Part shown: positions 1-8,609 of the stretch, in pieces
How the letters are laid out: every line of letters starts with the position of its first letter
Numbering within the stretch: position 1 is the first letter of the stretch
Program-made: the position numbers and the translations under genes
Notes under the pieces: generated by a model
Databases searched by the model: none
What the model saw: the letters and a program-made list of their open reading frames with translations, nothing else
Told to the model about the DNA's origin: nothing
DNA from: a virus
Taxonomy: Duplodnaviria; Caudoviricetes
Virus record (IMG/VR): IMGVR_UViG_3300031991_000104
Coordinates: 1-27,157 of that record
Length of the DNA: 27,157 nucleotides
Strand: one strand, 5' to 3'

Positions 1-207
1 ATGCCACCGACCGTTGAACCCACGAAATTGCTGTTGCGCCGGGAGGACGTGCTGCGGTGGACGGGCATTTCCCTGTCCGAGTTCAAGAAGATGGTGAGCA
101 CGGGGACGATTGTAGGCGCGCCACTCCGGCCGAAGGGGCGGGCATTCTATCTCAAGGAACACATTCGCGCGGTGCTTATCACCCCGCTGGAAAAACTGAA
201 ATCATGA
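1..207 (+). CDS. Small winged-HTH DNA-binding protein (Xis/AlpA/HTH_17-like)
   Basis: 68 aa with LLRREDVLRWTGIS..FKKMV..G.I....RPKGRAFYLKEHI, the typical excisionase-like HTH plus wing pattern. Stop overlaps the next ATG (ATGA at 204-207). Confidence 0.65.
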   Translation: MPPTVEPTKLLLRREDVLRWTGISLSEFKKMVSTGTIVGAPLRPKGRAFYLKEHIRAVLITPLEKLKS

Positions 208-356
208 GCGACGAAAACGAATTGGAAACGGTGAAGGATCGCGAGGATGCGGTGGCCACGGCCATCTCCGACGCCAGCATGGATGTGGACCAATGCGCGA
301 CGGATTTCGAGACGCGGCATTGCATTTGGCCCGGGCAGAGGGACGACGGCCGCTAG
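204..356 (+). pseudogene. N-terminal 50-codon piece of the portal gene, ended by an in-frame TAG
   Basis: ATG at 204 is coupled to the upstream stop. MSDENELE...CIWPGQRDDGR then TAG (354-356), in the same frame as ORF 369..2303, with only four sense codons between the TAG and ATG 369. Confidence 0.7.
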
Positions 357-368
357 CGCGCGGAGAGC

Positions 369-2303
369 ATGGACAAGGCTCCGTTCCCGTGGGAGGGCGC
401 ATCAGACACGCGCATTCGCCTGGCGGACGAGGTGGTGAACGACAATGTGCGCGTGCTTCGCGCGGCCATGGCCCGGCTCACCGTGCAGGCCAGCCCGGTG
501 GAGAGCGGCGACACGATGGAGAGCGCGGCCGTCACTACATTCATGAAGTGGCTGCTGCATCAGAAGATGAAGCAAAACTTGCGCCGGGAGATTCCCTTGC
601 TGGTGAACTGGCAGGAAAACTTTGCCGCGTCGGTGCTCGCCATCACGTGGGATGAGGAGGTGCAGACCCGCAAGATCCGCGTGGGCTCGCTGGAGCTGCA
701 CGCCGATATGACGAAGATGGCCGCGGACCCCGCCACCGCCAAGGAGGGCGCGATGGGTTTGGAAATGCTGAACGCGCTTTTCGACAAGACTCGCGAGGAC
801 GAGGTGGCCGCCTGGCTCAGGAGCATGCACGAGGCGCTCGGCAAGGGGGCCGCCCGCCGCGCCGTGCGCCAGCTTCGCGAGAAGGGCGAGTGTGTGGTGC
901 CCGATCCCATCGTGGTGCGCAGTCAACCGCTCTGGACGGCCTTGCGCGTGATGCGGGATGTGTTCTTCCCCGCAAATACCTTCGACCTCCAAAAATCCCC
1001 ATGGGTGGCCTTCCGCGAGCCCATCACGCCCGAGGAGCTGCGCAGCCGTGTGCTCACCGACGATTACAACGAGGACGTGGTGGAAGATGCCATCACGCGG
1101 TGCCTAGGCAAAACTCTTCTCGACTCCGTGCGCTACGACAATGAGCGCGCGCAGAAGGCCGTGGTGGACGACGTGGACGGCCTTGTGGAAGTGATGCACT
1201 TCCACCGCAAGTCGGTGGATGCCGATGGCTATTTGAAAATCGAAGTCACCTCGTTCGTGCCCGGCATTCCGGATGCCCTGAAAAAGGAGGATAGCGACTA
1301 CCGCCACCGGGAATACCCTTGCGTGGATTTCATTTGCGACCGCACGGAGCGCATCATCATAGACAACCGCAGCGTGCCCTCGCGCATCGAGACGCAGCAG
1401 CAGGAGGTGAAAACCCAGCGCGACTATCGCGCGGACCGCGCCAGCGTTTCCATCATGCCCCCGGTGAAGGTGCCCATGGCCCGCGCCAATGTGAAGCTGA
1501 CGTTTGGCCCGGCCGCGCAGATCCCGGAGCGCAGGCCCGGGGAGATCGCCTGGATGTCCCCGCCGCAAATGGATGGCGACACGGTGAACCTCGAAAAGCA
1601 GGTGCGCGCCGATGTGGACAGCTACTTTGGCCGCATGAGCGAGGCCGTGGCCCCGCAGCGCCAGGCGCTTTACCAGCAATCGAGCGTGGACGATTTCCTT
1701 GGCGGCATGCAGCAGGCCGTGAAGCAGACTCTTGCTCTCGCTCGCCAGTATTACGACGACGCGCTGTTTGCCCGCGTCACCGGCGTGCAAATGCCTTTCG
1801 CTCTCAGCGATGAGGATGTTACCGGCGAGTGGGACGTGACGCTGGATTTCAACGCGGGCGACCTCAACATGGAAGGCGTGCTGGCCAAGCTCAAAGTGAT
1901 CAACGAGGCCGTGCTTCCGGCCGATACCGAGGGCGTGGTGGATCGCGCCGGGATGATCGAATGGGCCATGCGCTCCATTGACCCGTCTCTCTCCGCCCGC
2001 ATCGTCCGCGCCGCCGAGCCCGCCCGCAATCGCGAACGTGAGGACGAGCAAATGCAGTTTGTCAAGATCGCGGCCGGAGTTGAACCCGAGATGAAGGAGG
2101 GGCAAAACTATGCGCTCCGGGTGAGCGAGTTGGAGAATATCATGAAAAATCCGCAGCTCCAGCAACGCTACGCCACGGACGAAATTTTCCGCAAGCTGGT
2201 GGACACGCGAAAGAAACACTTCGAGTTCCAGATGCAGCAACGGCAAAATGCACAGATCGGCCGCATGGGGGCAGCGCCCGTGCTGGGAAGGATGGCGGGA
2301 TGA
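369..2303 (+). CDS. Phage portal protein (main part; full gene probably 204..2303, about 699 codons)
   Basis: Size, position upstream of scaffold and capsid, largely helical sequence, segments PFPWEGASD, 'QQEVKTQRDYRADRASVSIMPP' and 'FGPAAQIPERRPGEIAWMSPP', and a Gln-rich C-terminus typical of podoviral portals. Confidence 0.8.
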   Translation: MDKAPFPWEGASDTRIRLADEVVNDNVRVLRAAMARLTVQASPVESGDTMESAAVTTFMKWLLHQKMKQNLRREIPLLVNWQENFAASVLAITWDEEVQTRKIRVGSLELHADMTKMAADPATAKEGAMGLEMLNALFDKTREDEVAAWLRSMHEALGKGAARRAVRQLREKGECVVPDPIVVRSQPLWTALRVMRDVFFPANTFDLQKSPWVAFREPITPEELRSRVLTDDYNEDVVEDAITRCLGKTLLDSVRYDNERAQKAVVDDVDGLVEVMHFHRKSVDADGYLKIEVTSFVPGIPDALKKEDSDYRHREYPCVDFICDRTERIIIDNRSVPSRIETQQQEVKTQRDYRADRASVSIMPPVKVPMARANVKLTFGPAAQIPERRPGEIAWMSPPQMDGDTVNLEKQVRADVDSYFGRMSEAVAPQRQALYQQSSVDDFLGGMQQAVKQTLALARQYYDDALFARVTGVQMPFALSDEDVTGEWDVTLDFNAGDLNMEGVLAKLKVINEAVLPADTEGVVDRAGMIEWAMRSIDPSLSARIVRAAEPARNREREDEQMQFVKIAAGVEPEMKEGQNYALRVSELENIMKNPQLQQRYATDEIFRKLVDTRKKHFEFQMQQRQNAQIGRMGAAPVLGRMAG

Positions 2304-2548
2304 ACGCCAAACAAGAAGAGGTCCTGAAAACTATCACCGAGTTACTCGGCGAGCATTTCGACGGCTATGTGCTTTCGGTGGAGAGCGGGCGCGATGAAGT
2401 GGACAGTCAGACCTACACTTATTGGGGCGGTGGGTTCAATTCCGCTTTCGGAATGGCTCATCGGCAGGTTGAGCGCATGCGCGTCACATCAGAAACCGCC
2501 GACGATGATTCCCATCCCGGTGATGATGAATGGAAAGAAAAGGTATGA
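2300..2548 (+). CDS. Hypothetical phage protein (82 aa)
   Basis: ATGA overlap on both sides and natural amino-acid composition (LLGEHFDGYVL...YWGGG). Confidence 0.75.
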   Translation: MNAKQEEVLKTITELLGEHFDGYVLSVESGRDEVDSQTYTYWGGGFNSAFGMAHRQVERMRVTSETADDDSHPGDDEWKEKV

Positions 2549-3012
2549 AACTTATGATCAAACGAATTTTGGAATGGCTGGGCCTTGCGCCACAAACGCG
2601 GCTGGTGCCCGTTCCGGAGCCGGTGCGGGTGTTGGACGAGGGCGAGCTTGCGGCGGCCTTTGCGGTGCCAGCAGACAATGCGTTGTGGCTGGCGGTGAAT
2701 CAGGTGCTTCGCGGCTACCTGGAGAATGCCAAGAGCCAGGTGAGCCTGCCGGAGAATGCCCTGCAACCCGGGGCCTTGACCCATGTGGCCGGGGGCATGG
2801 AATGGATGGCCTACATCCAGGCGGAACTGCATTGGCGCTGGCAGCAGGCTAATGGACGCTACGCGCCAAGCGTCGAAGCGAAGCCAGAACCAAAAGCGGC
2901 CAAGCCTGCTAATACGGCCACCACCGAAAAAGTGGCCATGCCCGTTTCTCAACCGGCCGCGCCAGCGCCGGAGCCGGGCGTGCCAAGCGACGACGATTTA
3001 TTGAACGGCTGA
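2545..3012 (+). CDS. Hypothetical phage protein (post-portal, helical core with Pro/Ala/Lys-rich tail)
   Basis: ATG at 2545 overlaps the previous TGA. The gene is followed by a terminator-like hairpin. Confidence 0.7.
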   Translation: MKLMIKRILEWLGLAPQTRLVPVPEPVRVLDEGELAAAFAVPADNALWLAVNQVLRGYLENAKSQVSLPENALQPGALTHVAGGMEWMAYIQAELHWRWQQANGRYAPSVEAKPEPKAAKPANTATTEKVAMPVSQPAAPAPEPGVPSDDDLLNG

Positions 3013-3041
3013 CCGGCTGAAAAGTGTGTTGGGTGGAGTGG

Positions 3042-3080
3042 TAGGGGCGGCGTGCGAGAGTGCGCCGCCCTTATCATTTT
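3042..3080 (+). terminator. Probable intrinsic terminator (GNRA-capped hairpin)
   Basis: TAGGGGCGGCGTGC-GAGA-GTGCGCCGCCCTTA forms a 14-bp stem (3 G-U pairs) with a GAGA tetraloop, followed by TCATTTT, about 30 nt after stop 3012. Confidence 0.7.
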
Positions 3081-3135
3081 GGCACTGATCGGAGATCGAC
3101 GTTCAGCGTTTCTCCCGCCCTGACGCGCCCTAATT

Positions 3136-3170
3136 TGGTTCAACTAGGGTTCAAAAGGGTTCCCAAGGAA
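3136..3170 (+). promoter_or_regulatory. Helically phased GGTTC direct repeats in the intergenic region upstream of scaffold/capsid
   Basis: tGGTTCaact-agGGTTCaaa-agGGTTCcca, with GGTTC starting at 3137, 3148 and 3158, in the only long non-coding gap (3013-3281). Confidence 0.4.
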
Positions 3171-3281
3171 CTGGCGCTATTTCCGCGCCGAAATGGCACT
3201 GGCATTTTGGAGGCTCACAGCGGCTTTCCTTCTCGTGCCGGAACCAAAACGGGATTGGCAAAAACAATCTTGGAGAACTCC

Positions 3282-4367
3282 ATGGCGAACGAAAACGAAT
3301 CAACGCAAAACGACGTTACCCCGCACGATGATTCGGGCGGAATCTCTGATGCCGAGCTAATCGGCATGCTGGGGCTGGGCGAAGACCTGGCCGGTGGCGG
3401 CGATGAGGGCATTGATGACTTCGACTCCGCAGAGGACGAGGAGGATGCTGGCGGCGACAACGACAGCGAGGATGAAGCTGACGACGCGGACGACGACGAC
3501 GCGGAAGACAGCGAGGAAAACGACGACGCCGAATCCGAGGAGGATGGAGAATCCGACGAGGAAGAGGCCGACGAAGAGGAATCGGAAGAAGAGGAGGAGG
3601 AGCCCCTGCCGAAATCGGTGAAGGACCTGCAAAAACGGGTCCACACGCTGACGAAGCGGGCAAAGGGTGCGGAGGAAGAGCGCGAGTCTTTCAAGACGGA
3701 AGTTTCCGAATTGAAGGCCAAGCTCGAAAAGGCCGCCCCGGTGATTCTCCAGCCCGGGCCGCAAGACCCCATGGCGGATCTGCTTACTGAGGAGGCCGTA
3801 AATGAGCGCCTCTCACAGATGCGGACGTTCCGCAAGTGGTGCTTGGATAATCTCGAAGGTGGGACGTTGAAAGACGCCAAAGGCGAGGACGTGGAGCTGG
3901 ACGCGAAAGCTGTCCGCCAGCGGCTGAACCGCACCGACGAGCTGATCAACGAGCACGGGCCAGAGCGCATCAACTACCTGCGCCTTCTCCACAACGTCGA
4001 GGCCGATGCCCGCAAGGTTTATGCGGCTCTCTTCGACGACAAGACGGAAGATTCCAAAATCGCCAGTTCGTTCCTTCGCACCATTCCGGAGATCATGCGG
4101 CTGCCAAATTTTCAGTTGATCATCGGGGACGCGATTCGCGGCATGCGCGAACGGTTGAAAGAAGCGGAAGCGGCCAAGGGCAAAAAGCCCGGGGTGAAGA
4201 AGGAGGAGGAGAAAGCCAAGCCTAAAAAGAAGGCCCCTCGCGCCATCTCGCCCGCGCCCGCCAAATCGACCACGAGCAAGAAAGCGAACACGTCCAAAGC
4301 AGGGAGAAACTTCATGGCCACGGGATCGAAGCACGATCTGGAAGCCATGGTGCTGGCCTCCTTGTAG
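3282..4367 (+). CDS. Capsid assembly scaffolding protein
   Basis: ATG 3282 preceded by GGAG. Very acidic N-terminal tract, coiled coil (LQKRVHTLTKRAKGAEEERE), Lys-rich linker and a short C-terminal helix. Lies directly upstream of the capsid gene. Confidence 0.8.
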   Translation: MANENESTQNDVTPHDDSGGISDAELIGMLGLGEDLAGGGDEGIDDFDSAEDEEDAGGDNDSEDEADDADDDDAEDSEENDDAESEEDGESDEEEADEEESEEEEEEPLPKSVKDLQKRVHTLTKRAKGAEEERESFKTEVSELKAKLEKAAPVILQPGPQDPMADLLTEEAVNERLSQMRTFRKWCLDNLEGGTLKDAKGEDVELDAKAVRQRLNRTDELINEHGPERINYLRLLHNVEADARKVYAALFDDKTEDSKIASSFLRTIPEIMRLPNFQLIIGDAIRGMRERLKEAEAAKGKKPGVKKEEEKAKPKKKAPRAISPAPAKSTTSKKANTSKAGRNFMATGSKHDLEAMVLASL

Positions 4368-4422
4368 CGCAAACAAATCAACCAGTCGGCAGGCCTAAGA
4401 AACCGCCGCAAGAAAACTCAAA

Positions 4423-5430
4423 ATGGCTAAACTTCTCGAAACGAGCCAGGTGGGCAAAAAGGAAGATTTGCGCGACGTGATCGCTCTCGTTGACGCAAAG
4501 AAATATCCCGTGTCCTCCATGGCGAAAAAGGGCATGTCGCCCAAAAACACGCTGGTGGAATGGCAGGTGGACGGCTACCCCGATCCCAGCTTCGACGGTG
4601 TGCTCGATGGTGCCGATGTCACCACGCACGAAAACATGGCGGAACAGCGCAAGCGGCTTCAGACGCGCGTGCAGATCTTCCGCCGCTCGCCCATGGTGTC
4701 GCTTCTTTCGGAGGAAGTCTCCGAAGTGGCCGGTGTGGGCAAGAAGAAGGAACTGGCCCGCGCCATCGTGAAGAGCATCGAAATGCTCAAGCGCGACATC
4801 GAGTGCGCCATTTGTTCCGACCGCGAGAGCCAGGCGCAAAGCGGCCTGAATCCCTACCGCCTTCGCGGCCTTGGGGTGTGGGCGCAAAACGGCGCGCAAT
4901 CGGATCTCCCGGTGGACTCCGACTACCGCACGCCCACCGGCAGCATCAACAGCACGGCCACGTCCGCACTCACGGAGGCCGACGTGAACAACGTGGTCGC
5001 CAGCATCTGGGACCAGACCGGCGAGGACAAAACCTACGTGCTTGCGGCCGGACGCACCCTGCGCCAGCGCATCAGCACGTTCACCCAGTATGCGACAGCC
5101 AGCACGAATGTGATGGCGGCAATCCGCACGCTGAATCAGGACGCGAACGAGCGCAAGCTAACCAGCACGATTGACATCCTCGAAGGCGACTTCGGGACCA
5201 TAGAGATCGTGCCCACGCACTGGAACGCTCGCGACAACGCGACCGCCGCCGTGCAGCGCGCCCGCGGGTACCTCATCGACCCGGAATACGTCGAAATCGC
5301 CTGGCACACCACCCCGCGCCGCAAACCCCTGCCGGATCTCGGCGGCGGCCCTCGCGAGCTGGTCTATGCCATCGCGGCCCTGTGCGTGAGCAATCCGCTC
5401 TGCATCGGAAAATTCAACGCCACCAGCTAA
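4423..5430 (+). CDS. Major capsid protein (DUF5309 / SU10-like family)
   Basis: 335 aa with GKKEDLRDVI, TLVEWQVD, TRVQIFRR, EMLKRDIECAICSD and EGDFGTIEIVP motifs characteristic of this HK97-fold MCP family. Confidence 0.88.
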   Translation: MAKLLETSQVGKKEDLRDVIALVDAKKYPVSSMAKKGMSPKNTLVEWQVDGYPDPSFDGVLDGADVTTHENMAEQRKRLQTRVQIFRRSPMVSLLSEEVSEVAGVGKKKELARAIVKSIEMLKRDIECAICSDRESQAQSGLNPYRLRGLGVWAQNGAQSDLPVDSDYRTPTGSINSTATSALTEADVNNVVASIWDQTGEDKTYVLAAGRTLRQRISTFTQYATASTNVMAAIRTLNQDANERKLTSTIDILEGDFGTIEIVPTHWNARDNATAAVQRARGYLIDPEYVEIAWHTTPRRKPLPDLGGGPRELVYAIAALCVSNPLCIGKFNATS

Positions 5431-5467
5431 CCGGCTGCGGGCAACCAAAAGGAAGAAGAAAGTAATC

Positions 5468-5932
5468 ATGAAAACGAATACTCTGGACAGTGTGGGCGAA
5501 CGCGCCACGGGGTGGACTCATCAGTTCAAAATCCCTTACACGGATATGACGGGCACGGCGGCCACCACATTGGCCATCCCGTTGCTCACCCTCGCGGTTG
5601 GCGACATCGTGCGCAATGCGGCGTTCTACCTCAAGACGGGGTTTGTGGGGGCGGCTGTGACGAACCTCACCCTGCAAGTGGGATGGAACGGTGCGGCGGT
5701 GGACGATCCCGATGGCCTCATCGAGGCGGCGGAGCTGGCCACGGCCGGAACCGAGATCCTCGCAGGCGATGCCACGGGCGTGGCCTTTGCGACGAAGCGC
5801 ACCGGCTTTGCGCCGCAAGAGACAAGCGCCATCGAAGCGCTCTTCACGGCCACGGGTGCCAACCTTACCGTCCTCACGGCGGGCGAGGTGTGGGTGTACC
5901 TCAACGTGTCGCGTTTGCCAAACGTCGGCTAA
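5468..5932 (+). CDS. Probable capsid decoration/cement protein (beta-rich)
   Basis: 154 aa, Thr/Ala/Gly-rich, directly after the MCP gene. Alternating beta-strand pattern. Confidence 0.6.
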   Translation: MKTNTLDSVGERATGWTHQFKIPYTDMTGTAATTLAIPLLTLAVGDIVRNAAFYLKTGFVGAAVTNLTLQVGWNGAAVDDPDGLIEAAELATAGTEILAGDATGVAFATKRTGFAPQETSAIEALFTATGANLTVLTAGEVWVYLNVSRLPNVG

Positions 5933-5946
5933 CCATCCCGCGCTCG

Positions 5947-6393
5947 GTGAAGGAATTTGCTGATCTCGTTCTAAGCCTCCCGGGGGATCTCTCCCGGGAG
6001 GTGGAGAACGAATTGCGTCGTGGCTGGCATGCGCAGGCGGTGCTCGCTGCGAAAGAGCAGCTTGAGATCGCGCAGGCGCAACCGGCTCGCACCTGGGTGA
6101 ATGGCATGGGCCGGGTGCGGCTCACGATCACGCCAGCGGCTTACCATTATTGGGGGCAGCGGCTGGGATACAAGTGCTGGAAAGACAAGCGGTTTCTGGC
6201 GGAGTTTGAGAGGGACAATCCCGAGGCGCGGGTGCGGAGCGTGGCACCGCGGACGGTTGTAAGGGTCGAGGGACGAGCGTCGAGGGTCGAGGGCAAGGAA
6301 AACGCTGCTGCTGGCGTCTCGACCCTCGACGCTCGACCATCGCCGCCGCTCATCGACTCCCGGCCCATGCCGAAGCCGCTCATTTTGCCATGA
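5947..6393 (+). CDS. Hypothetical phage protein
   Basis: Probable GTG start at 5947 (start uncertain). Globular core 'YHYWGQRLGYKCWKDKRFLAEFERDNPE'. Stop overlaps the next ATG. The C-terminus carries a palindromic insertion. Confidence 0.65.
   Translation: MKEFADLVLSLPGDLSREVENELRRGWHAQAVLAAKEQLEIAQAQPARTWVNGMGRVRLTITPAAYHYWGQRLGYKCWKDKRFLAEFERDNPEARVRSVAPRTVVRVEGRASRVEGKENAAAGVSTLDARPSPPLIDSRPMPKPLILP
6262..6342. repeat. REP-like inverted repeat built of 7-bp units, inside a CDS
   Basis: CGAGCGTCGAGGGTCGAG (6274-6291) and its exact reverse complement CTCGACCCTCGACGCTCG (6318-6335), 26-nt spacer, extendable to 25 bp with 2 mismatches. Confidence 0.85.
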
Positions 6394-7238
6394 GGACGGT
6401 GACTTTCAAATCCGTTCTGCATGGGGCAGCGACACGGTCGGGGCTCGACCCGGCCGTGAACTTGCTGGCGGACGTGGCGCGGTCGCTCTGCGAGTACCTC
6501 AACGACAGGCTGGAAAAGGCCTGGAATATTTTCGACTGGCCGGAGTGGACTTACACGGAAGAACGCCAATTCCGCGCAGACTACGACGCGGCCACCGCCT
6601 ACGCCATCGGGGACGAGGTTTATTACGCCCCCGAAAACAAATACTATGTGGCCACGGTCGCAGGGACCGGGAACCTGCCAACGGTGACGGCATTTTGGGA
6701 AGAGGCCACGGAGCTGGATCGCTACGTGGCCCACTCCCAGGCGTGGGAAGCCCGCACCATCGGCGAAGTGGCGGGCGTTTACTACGACGATCCGCGCAAG
6801 ACTGGCAACCCCCGGCCGGTGAAGTATTGGCTGGGGCCGGAAGGCATTTTGGTGGAAGCCGCCGCGCCTACCAAGGTGTGGGTGGAATTCCGCAGCGAGT
6901 GCCCGGTATTCACAACGACGGCGTGGGCGACGGCCGCGGATTACACCATCGGCGACATCGTTTATCTCAGCACGACGGGTCAGTGTTACAGGGCTCTCGT
7001 AGATGGCAGCGCAAACAATCCCGCGTCCAGTCCCACCGCGTGGGTAGTGGTGCCCTTCCCGAAGATCCTCGCCCGCTATGTGAAAGAAGCGGTGAAGGCC
7101 GATGCCTTGCGCGAGGACGAGAGCATGGACAAGGCGAACCTCATCGAAGGCATCGCCGAGGGCTATCTCTACGAAGAGATCGACCGCGCGCGGAATAACG
7201 CGCGGGAGAACAGAACCTTCAGCGTGAGGAACAGCTAA
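6390..7238 (+). CDS. Head-tail adaptor / tail tubular protein A-like with two CBM5/12-like aromatic modules
   Basis: Helical N-terminus (YLNDRLEKAWNIFDWPEW) and C-terminus (PFPKILARYVKEAVKADALRED), plus two W/Y....Y.IGD.VY.....Y.A...N.P....W modules. Confidence 0.65.
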   Translation: MRTVTFKSVLHGAATRSGLDPAVNLLADVARSLCEYLNDRLEKAWNIFDWPEWTYTEERQFRADYDAATAYAIGDEVYYAPENKYYVATVAGTGNLPTVTAFWEEATELDRYVAHSQAWEARTIGEVAGVYYDDPRKTGNPRPVKYWLGPEGILVEAAAPTKVWVEFRSECPVFTTTAWATAADYTIGDIVYLSTTGQCYRALVDGSANNPASSPTAWVVVPFPKILARYVKEAVKADALREDESMDKANLIEGIAEGYLYEEIDRARNNARENRTFSVRNS

Positions 7239-7244
7239 AAAATC

Positions 7245-7502
7245 ATGAATGCAAAGATCACGAACGGGCAGAATGGAGCGGTCTACATCGGGGGCACCTC
7301 GGCGACAAACGCGGCGTCGACATGGGGAGCAATCCAGATCCTCGCCGATGCGAAGTTCCACACGCTCACGGGCAACCATACTGGCGGGATGGCAAATACC
7401 ACCAGCGGCAGCGCGGCCACCGTGCCGACCGGCACGATTCTTTACGGCAGCTTCACGGTGATTCAGCTGCACAGCGGTGCGGTGATTGCTTACAACGGAT
7501 GA
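7245..7502 (+). CDS. Small virion structural protein (hypothetical)
   Basis: 85 aa, Gly/Thr/Ala-rich beta pattern ending GTILYGSFTVIQLHSGAVIAY. Coupled to the next gene. Confidence 0.65.
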   Translation: MNAKITNGQNGAVYIGGTSATNAASTWGAIQILADAKFHTLTGNHTGGMANTTSGSAATVPTGTILYGSFTVIQLHSGAVIAYNG

Positions 7503-8269
7503 TCTTAGCGCCGACATTGAGTTTGTTTTCCCCGGGAGGGCGTTTTCTGGATTCCGACGCGCGGGCGTTTGCAGCGGCGAGCGGAGCCACGGATGTGGCG
7601 GCATTGTCGGCTTTCGCGAAGGGCATCAAGGCGCTCGGCTTGTGGAATAGCATGGTGTGCTGGCCTATGCGCTCGACTCAGAATGCGGGGACGGGGACGA
7701 CAGTGTTTTCTTTCGGGGGTCTATCTGGCGGCAACGCAACGCTTGTGAACGGACCGACATGGGGGGCGAATGGTATCGCCTCAATAGTTGCTTCGACGCA
7801 TAGCATTACGGTTGCGGCATGGCCGATTTCTCAGGCAAACACGTTTGCCATAGGCTACGTCGCCAATACGTCCGCTTACAATGGCAATGCCGATAGCATG
7901 GGCGGGGACGGCGGAGTGTATAACATTCTCGGATGGGGCATTGGAACACAAATGCTGATTATTCAAAACGACGGGGACACGACTGGTCCAGCCACCGGGG
8001 AGACATTGAATGCGTGGCAATCTATTTTTGGTTCGCGGGAACGTAACGCGACAGGTGGACGCAGGGCATACAGAAACGGCAGCCTTAATGCCTCGCTCAA
8101 TGCGAACAACAACAGTCTGACCCCTCCTGGTAATTTCTGGATTTCCAAGAAGCGCACCGAGACAAGGGCGTTTGCGTTTGTTCTTAACACGAATCTGACT
8201 GACTCGCTGGCTACTGAGTTCAACACCATCTACAAATCAACCCTCGGCGCGGGATTGGGACTACCATGA
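7499..8269 (+). CDS. Virion-associated protein with LamG/concanavalin-like beta-sandwich (possible adhesin)
   Basis: ATG 7499 overlaps the previous stop. 'D.DARAF..ASGATD...KGIKALGLWNSMVCWPMRS.QNAGTGTT' N-terminus, then NATLVNGPTW...W..IFG...RAYRNGSL as in LamG-like domains. Confidence 0.55.
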   Translation: MILAPTLSLFSPGGRFLDSDARAFAAASGATDVAALSAFAKGIKALGLWNSMVCWPMRSTQNAGTGTTVFSFGGLSGGNATLVNGPTWGANGIASIVASTHSITVAAWPISQANTFAIGYVANTSAYNGNADSMGGDGGVYNILGWGIGTQMLIIQNDGDTTGPATGETLNAWQSIFGSRERNATGGRRAYRNGSLNASLNANNNSLTPPGNFWISKKRTETRAFAFVLNTNLTDSLATEFNTIYKSTLGAGLGLP

Positions 8270-8607
8270 GCTACATTGACGCCACAATGCAGTTTCCGCC
8301 GGATCGACTCGGGCAGGCGTTCGTCAGCGAATACCTCTCCCGCTACACGGACCCGGCGACTGGCTGGGCGGCGGCGCATTGGGACGAAAGCGAGCAAACA
8401 CGCAGGCGTCAGGCAAGCCTCTTCGACGGCACGATTGTCCCAACCCCTATTAAGGACGGCCCGGAGCCTGCGGACTTCGCCGTAGACACACGCCCGGTTG
8501 TCGCGTTGCAAATCTCCTGCGGCTGGCCGGAAGCCTTCCTTACGGACCTCCAGCGCAACCCACAACCGGAGCCGGATCTGTTCGGCGGAATCACTATTAT
8601 CGAATAA
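8266..8607 (+). CDS. Hypothetical protein (113 aa)
   Basis: ATGA-coupled to the upstream gene and ends 2 nt before the next ATG. Confidence 0.65.
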   Translation: MSYIDATMQFPPDRLGQAFVSEYLSRYTDPATGWAAAHWDESEQTRRRQASLFDGTIVPTPIKDGPEPADFAVDTRPVVALQISCGWPEAFLTDLQRNPQPEPDLFGGITIIE

Positions 8608-8609
8608 CC

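Noticed and set aside
3400-3605. GAC/GAG-rich quasi-repeats resembling a tandem array or CRISPR
   Set aside because: They simply encode the Asp/Glu tract of the scaffold protein. There is no fixed repeat-spacer period.
5977-6000. 10-bp hairpin CTCCCGGGGG-ATCT-CTCCCGGGAG after the decoration gene
   Set aside because: No U-tract, and it lies within a probable CDS. It could stabilise mRNA but cannot be supported as a terminator.
7900-8269. Diversity-generating retroelement target (AAC/AAT-rich C-terminus)
   Set aside because: No template repeat copy or reverse transcriptase in the window. Asn-richness is normal for such beta domains.
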